Shown: positions 59,732-64,000 of the stretch, piece by piece
How the letters are laid out: every line of letters starts with the position of its first letter
Numbering within the stretch: the first letter of the stretch is position 1
From: Candidatus Sungiibacteriota bacterium
GTDB lineage: Bacteria > Patescibacteriota > Minisyncoccia > Sungbacterales > HO2-52-23
Direction: 5' to 3'
Length of the DNA stretch: 64,000 bases
Assembly: GCA_016180435.1 (NCBI GenBank)
Contig: JACPBG010000001.1
Coordinates: 283,107-347,106, forward strand
Translations under genes and position numbers: made by a program
The notes under the pieces: model-generated
The model's input: only the letters and a program-made list of their open reading frames with translations
What the model was told of the DNA's origin: nothing
Databases searched by the model: none

Positions 59732-59773
59732 GGATTTTACGAAATACGAATTACTACGAATTTACGAATAATT

Positions 59774-60031
59774 TTAATAAGTACTTGAGGTGCGGCGTTT
59801 AATTTCAAAAATATATATTACCATCCGTTCTTCATAAATTTCAAATTTAATACGATAAGAGCCAATTCTCTTTCTCCACACCCTATCATCGCCCGCCATC
59901 TTTTGTACATCTCCATCATGGGGATCCACCCCGATTTCATCAATAGCGCGCAAAATATGTTCGGAATAATCTTTTGGAACTTTTTTAAATTGCTTTTTTG
60001 CTTTTCCGCGTATGTATAAGTGCCAATTCAT
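59774..60031 (-). CDS. RelE/ParE-family toxin
   Basis: GDVQKM..WRKRIGSYRIKFEI..IKRRTSSTY. Confidence 0.88.
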   Translation of the reverse strand: MNWHLYIRGKAKKQFKKVPKDYSEHILRAIDEIGVDPHDGDVQKMAGDDRVWRKRIGSYRIKFEIYEERMVIYIFEIKRRTSSTY

Positions 60032-60239
60032 GTTTTAGGTCCTCCCATTTAATAAATTTACCTTCGCTAAAATCCCGTCGTGCGCGAGCCAATTCTCGTA
60101 ATTCTCCGGCTGTGGGTTTGAATGTGCGTGAGGATTTAACCCATTTCTGCCATTGCAAAAATTCCTCATACATATTGGGTGTCACCGCAATAAGGTTTTT
60201 ACTTTTGGTAAATTCTTTCGGAATCGTGATGGTGGGCAT
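59985..60239 (-). CDS. Antitoxin (MPTITIPK type)
   Basis: Overlaps the RelE gene; ELARARRDFSEGKFIKWEDLKHEL. Confidence 0.75.
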   Translation of the reverse strand: MPTITIPKEFTKSKNLIAVTPNMYEEFLQWQKWVKSSRTFKPTAGELRELARARRDFSEGKFIKWEDLKHELALIHTRKSKKAI

Positions 60240-60277
60240 GTTCATTTTGCTCAAATTAAATTCAAAGCTCATATTTA

Positions 60278-60625
60278 TTATGCGGGGCGATTCCCCCAGA
60301 GGCCATCAATTTCTTTAGATTTTTCCTGAAAGAATTTGGTTAATTTCTCCATAGCTTCTTTGCCTAGGGGTTTGGTCTCATCTCCATATCTCGAACGGCG
60401 ATCCAATGTATCAAGAAAACCATTTATTGCGTTAGTGAGCTCTGAATTATCCTCGGTACGGGACATCAACCTATACAAAATCGTTTCATGCTTTGCGGCC
60501 TGAATCTGTCCTGTTTTTTTCTGTAATTCTGATGCATGCTCTTTATATTTATCCCGCTGTACGAGTATTGGATTCTTAATTTGTTCTTGGGATTTTTGTG
60601 ATTCAACTTTTGGTAGTCTTTCCAT
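60278..60625 (-). CDS. Hypothetical protein
   Basis: Charged, helical ORF within the array. Confidence 0.6.
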   Translation of the reverse strand: MERLPKVESQKSQEQIKNPILVQRDKYKEHASELQKKTGQIQAAKHETILYRLMSRTEDNSELTNAINGFLDTLDRRSRYGDETKPLGKEAMEKLTKFFQEKSKEIDGLWGNRPA

Positions 60626-60636
60626 AATTGTTACCT

Positions 60637-60690
60637 TTATTTATCCTTTTCCAAAAACTCAAATACTTTTTCATTGCGCAGTATACCAAT
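60637..60690 (-). pseudogene. Relic copy of the tig 3' end (IGILRNEKVFEFLEKDK*)
   Basis: Matches the tig C-terminus GILRNERVFEFLE with mostly synonymous changes. Confidence 0.8.
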
Positions 60691-60715
60691 CTAATTTAAA
60701 ACAAATTCTAATGTT

Positions 60716-60976
60716 TCAATACGGCGTTCTCAAAATTGCATGGGTTCCGGCGCGACGCATAATATACCTATTTCCGGAGATCTGAAACGTGAACCGCCAC
60801 TGTCTGCTTATGCGTCCCTCCCAAACCGAGGAATGTCCTTCCATTTTCTTAATTCCCAGCGAGAAACGCCGAGAATTTTCCAAAAGGTAAGCAAGTTGTT
60901 TATCCAAGCGTTTCTGGATACTTACAGGTAAATCCCGATAGTCGCGCTCAAAAGATTTCGTTAACTGAATTTCCAT
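60716..60976 (-). CDS. RelE/YafQ-like toxin
   Basis: TKSFERDYRDL..SLGIKKM..VWEGRISRQWRFTF..AGTHAIL. Confidence 0.85.
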   Translation of the reverse strand: MEIQLTKSFERDYRDLPVSIQKRLDKQLAYLLENSRRFSLGIKKMEGHSSVWEGRISRQWRFTFQISGNRYIMRRAGTHAILRTPY

Positions 60977-60982
60977 GTCATA

Positions 60983-61228
60983 TTACTGTTTTTTAAGTTT
61001 ATGCAGAGCGAACACAAGTTCCCGCCTCGTCCTATAGGGCTTACTCATTTTTCCAAATTTTATATCGTTCTCGGCCTCATGCTCTTTTTTTTGCCACTCC
61101 GCGCTCCAAAACCATTCTTGGCTTTTGGGAATAATTCTGGCAATCCGAAGCAAGTCCTCGTATTCTTTCCGAGGAATGGTGACCGTATTCCCATTCGTTA
61201 TTTTTTTCGGAATCGTGATGGTGGGCAT
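60983..61228 (-). CDS. Antitoxin (MPTITIPK type)
   Basis: IPKSQEWFWSAEWQKKEHEAENDIK; upstream of the toxin. Confidence 0.8.
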   Translation of the reverse strand: MPTITIPKKITNGNTVTIPRKEYEDLLRIARIIPKSQEWFWSAEWQKKEHEAENDIKFGKMSKPYRTRRELVFALHKLKKQ

Positions 61229-61252
61229 AAATTAAATAATTTCCATTTTTTA

Positions 61253-62065
61253 CTATTTATGTTGCGAGCGCCATTGTTTAAAAATAGGGTCTTCTTTCAA
61301 TTTTTGATGCCAATTTGATTGATAAAATTTATTTAAAGTGGTTTCCCATTCCAGCTGATGACGCATAATTTCCGGATCATTCCTGTGTTCCGCATAAAAA
61401 TTATAGATCGGAATTGCTCCTCCATACAAACCCACCAAAGGAATAGCGGCGTCCGTTAGTTCTTTTCCATGTTTTTCTTTGTGGCTTTTTTCCTCTGCGA
61501 AATCATAAATTGCCCTATCCGGATATCCTTTCTCAAATCCTACATTCAGCGAATCCACTTTTAAATGCCGTGGAATTACACCCTCCTGTTGCAGCCGTTT
61601 CATATTTTCCTCCAAACTAATTCTCCATTGGGGAACCGCATCCCATCCTTTTGACGAATCAAATGGAGTAATACCTGGGATTTTACTCCGGCGTGATGTA
61701 AATTCGTATCCTTTTAGCGACTCAACTTCAACACCGATAAATTTTCCCCCATTATGCAATTTTTCACTAAACTCGCGAACATTGAATCGCACTCCCTGCG
61801 GCTCCGATAACGCATTAAGTTTTTTAATGGTTTCTAAATCCTTTTCCTCGGCATTATCAATAAAAAGTTCGGTCTGCCCACGCGCGCCCGCAACCGTGAG
61901 TACCACATTTGCATCTACTAAGTAAGTTCCTATTTTAGGATCAATTTGGGTATACCACTCTTCAGCCCTCTCCGCCGCCCATTCCGCAGCTTTCTCAACA
62001 TTAAATTCAGTCTTTCCATCCCGCCTGATCAGACCGGCACCTTCAAATTTTCTCAGTCCTTCCAT
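61253..62065 (-). CDS. Hypothetical protein
   Basis: 270-aa ORF with no recognised motif. Confidence 0.7.
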   Translation of the reverse strand: MEGLRKFEGAGLIRRDGKTEFNVEKAAEWAAERAEEWYTQIDPKIGTYLVDANVVLTVAGARGQTELFIDNAEEKDLETIKKLNALSEPQGVRFNVREFSEKLHNGGKFIGVEVESLKGYEFTSRRSKIPGITPFDSSKGWDAVPQWRISLEENMKRLQQEGVIPRHLKVDSLNVGFEKGYPDRAIYDFAEEKSHKEKHGKELTDAAIPLVGLYGGAIPIYNFYAEHRNDPEIMRHQLEWETTLNKFYQSNWHQKLKEDPIFKQWRSQHK

Positions 62066-62070
62066 AAAAT

Positions 62071-62397
62071 TTATTTCATGGATTTTTCCACAAAATATTT
62101 CAACTGCACATTTCCCGCACGATCCATTCGTACTATCAAAACAAGTCCTTTTGCGCCCTTAAACTGTTTTTCCACATAGGCACCAGCCCATTCCTTATTA
62201 TTTTGATTCCAGCTATCAACCATCTTCCCAATATTTTCCATGGTAAAATACTGGTTCTTTATCACTTCAATCATCGCTCGAAGTTCTCTTGATCCCTCTA
62301 TAAAATTATCCAGTCGCTCCTTTTGCATCTCAAGTTGCGGCACTTTCATTTCTATTATCGGACCAATATGAAATTTTTCCTGTTTTGGCCTTTCCAT
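62071..62397 (-). CDS. Hypothetical protein
   Basis: Tightly packed ORF within the array. Confidence 0.6.
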   Translation of the reverse strand: MERPKQEKFHIGPIIEMKVPQLEMQKERLDNFIEGSRELRAMIEVIKNQYFTMENIGKMVDSWNQNNKEWAGAYVEKQFKGAKGLVLIVRMDRAGNVQLKYFVEKSMK

Positions 62398-62402
62398 AAA
62401 AA

Positions 62403-62675
62403 TTAATCTGCATTAAAACCCACCCATATAATTACCAAATTCAAAATTGCAAGTAGAGTATACGTCGTCAACAGTAAAATATCAAAATCTTTCCGAATAT
62501 CAAGCTTTTTGCGCAGTGATTCACCTAAAAATATTGCCACACTCACTGATACTACACTAAACGCCTTTGCAGCACTTTCCGGTTTTCCCCAATAAGAATA
62601 AAAATAAAAAATTATGCCAACAACCACGATCAAGACACCTATAAAAATCCTCGGTAAATTATCTTTGTCGTACAT
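62403..62675 (-). CDS. Small 3-TM membrane protein
   Basis: Three hydrophobic segments. Confidence 0.6.
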   Translation of the reverse strand: MYDKDNLPRIFIGVLIVVVGIIFYFYSYWGKPESAAKAFSVVSVSVAIFLGESLRKKLDIRKDFDILLLTTYTLLAILNLVIIWVGFNAD

Positions 62676-62679
62676 AAAT

Positions 62680-62727
62680 TAAGATGCTCTATAAAAACTA
62701 AAACACTTTTTCGTTGCGCAATATGCA
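62680..62727 (-). pseudogene. Decayed relic copy of the tig 3' end (CILRNEKVF*FL*)
   Basis: tgc ata ttg cgc aac gaa aaa gtg ttt tag ttt tta tag; both Glu positions now read TAG. Confidence 0.75.
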
Positions 62728-62729
62728 AA

Positions 62730-63068
62730 TTAAAATTCTTGGATTATGTGCTTGATTTGTTCCTTCAATCTCGGCAGATCATCCTGAATCGTGTCCCATA
62801 CGGCGCGGATATCTACCACAAAATATTCATGTATTAACACGTCTCGCATCCCGGCGATTTTCTGCCACGGAATCTCGCTATGCTTATCTTTAAACTCATC
62901 CGGAATATTTTTAACCGCCTCGCCGATTATCTCCAATCGCCGGATTACAGCATCCTGGTCGCGTTCGGAAACAAGAAAAGTTTTAATTGTCTGTCCTTGG
63001 GCGTAATTCTCAATCGCTTCAATACTTTCCAGAATATGCTCAAGATATATTTTAGGATCTTTAGCCAT
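62730..63068 (-). CDS. HepT-like (DUF86/HEPN) ribonuclease toxin
   Basis: AVIRRLEIIGEA, IPWQKIAGMRDVLIHEYF (Rx4HxY motif). Confidence 0.92.
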   Translation of the reverse strand: MAKDPKIYLEHILESIEAIENYAQGQTIKTFLVSERDQDAVIRRLEIIGEAVKNIPDEFKDKHSEIPWQKIAGMRDVLIHEYFVVDIRAVWDTIQDDLPRLKEQIKHIIQEF

Positions 63069-63379
63069 TATAAAATTGAAACAGCATCCGGTTCAATATG
63101 TTTTTTTAATGCGGGATAAACAGAACGTCGGGTAATTAAATCAACACTACGGCCCAGCGCACGTTCAAGTTCTTGCTGCAATCCTGCTAAATCCAAAAGG
63201 GTTTTTTTCCCCTGAAATTCAACTAGGAGGTCAACATCGCTTTCCGCACTTCCTTCCCCGCGTGCTATAGAACCAAAAACCGACGAACGCGTAATCCCCG
63301 CTTTTTTGAGAATCGGCACTGCTTTTTTTTTAATCTCATCAATAGTTATTGAATTACCGAAAGATTGTAACGCGGTCAT
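63068..63379 (-). CDS. MntA-like minimal nucleotidyltransferase antitoxin
   Basis: VFGSIARGE..SDVDLLV; coupled to HepT. Confidence 0.92.
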   Translation of the reverse strand: MTALQSFGNSITIDEIKKKAVPILKKAGITRSSVFGSIARGEGSAESDVDLLVEFQGKKTLLDLAGLQQELERALGRSVDLITRRSVYPALKKHIEPDAVSIL

Positions 63380-63391
63380 AAAATAAGTATA

Positions 63392-64000
63392 TCACACGCC
63401 CTCAAGAAATTCAAATACCCTCTCATTGCGCAAAATTCCGCGGCTATACTCGCGCAAGGATTCCGGGTCAAACTTTTTGGCCGCCTCTTCCACGCTCTCA
63501 AATTGCTTCAAAAAATCATTGGCACGCGCATCAATTTCTTCGCGTGTGGGCTCAATTTTCTCTATTTTTGCGATTTCACGCAAACATAACGCAATTCTTA
63601 CGCGCCGTTCCGCCTCACTTTGCCACTCGCGCCGCAATTCATCCTGATTTTTCTTGATATGCAGGAGATAATCCTCCCATTTCATCCCCATATTACCGAC
63701 TCCTGATTTCAACTCCTCAAGCATTTTATCCAATTCGGATTCAACCAAAATTTGCGGAACTTCAATTTTCGCGGATTTAGCAATTTCGCTGATAATTTCG
63801 GATCGCACACGCTGGCTTTCTTTGTCCTTTTTTTCGGAGGTCAAACCCTCACGTATATTTTGTTTCAGCGCCTCAAGCGACTCAAATCCTCCCAAATTTT
63901 TGGCAAATTCATCCGAAACTTGCGGTAATTTCCGCTCCTGCACCAAATTCATTTTTACCGAAAAATCCAGCGCTTTTCCGGCCAAGGCTGTTTCCCGCCA
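63392..64000 (-). CDS. tig: Trigger factor, C-terminal part (5' end outside the window)
   Basis: LAGK..DF.VK....ERKLP...DEFAK, EVPQILVESE, AERRVR..L, NERVFEFLE; upstream of clpP. Confidence 0.92.
   Translation of the reverse strand, partial: WRETALAGKALDFSVKMNLVQERKLPQVSDEFAKNLGGFESLEALKQNIREGLTSEKKDKESQRVRSEIISEIAKSAKIEVPQILVESELDKMLEELKSGVGNMGMKWEDYLLHIKKNQDELRREWQSEAERRVRIALCLREIAKIEKIEPTREEIDARANDFLKQFESVEEAAKKFDPESLREYSRGILRNERVFEFLEGV

Overview
64-kb chromosomal segment of a Candidate Phyla Radiation bacterium, most likely Parcubacteria/OD1. This is inferred from the PG-binding S-layer-like proteins, the ATST-repeat surface protein, a type IV pilus cluster with no secretin gene in this window and mostly SD-less starts. 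TGA is used as stop. Almost all genes are on the minus strand. Contents in order: (1) 0-17 kb surface-glycan locus (GMC oxidoreductase, UbiA-type prenyl-phosphoribosyltransferase, GT-C/GT4/GT2 glycosyltransferases, two FkbM methyltransferases); (2) 17-28 kb cell-surface protein genes; (3) galU, gatCA, ligA; (4) type IV pilus/competence cluster (pilMNO, pilB, pilT, pilC, pilins, pilD, comF); (5) rny, gpmI, an MFS transporter, clpP and the 3' end of tig. The most striking signals are non-coding. First, a five-copy structured element whose stems change sequence while staying paired, found at pilus-operon junctions and in a nested stack at 23.6-24.1 kb. Second, a small-gene/toxin-antitoxin array between tig and clpP that is punctuated by synonymously diverged relic copies of the tig 3' end, which suggests serial capture at that site. 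Third, several families of mini-palindromes and 7-bp tandem repeats that fill gene junctions and sit in-frame inside gatA, ligA, pilD, glycosyltransferases and a prepilin cleavage site. No integrase, transposase, CRISPR array, rRNA or tRNA was recognised. All calls were made by eye, without database searches.
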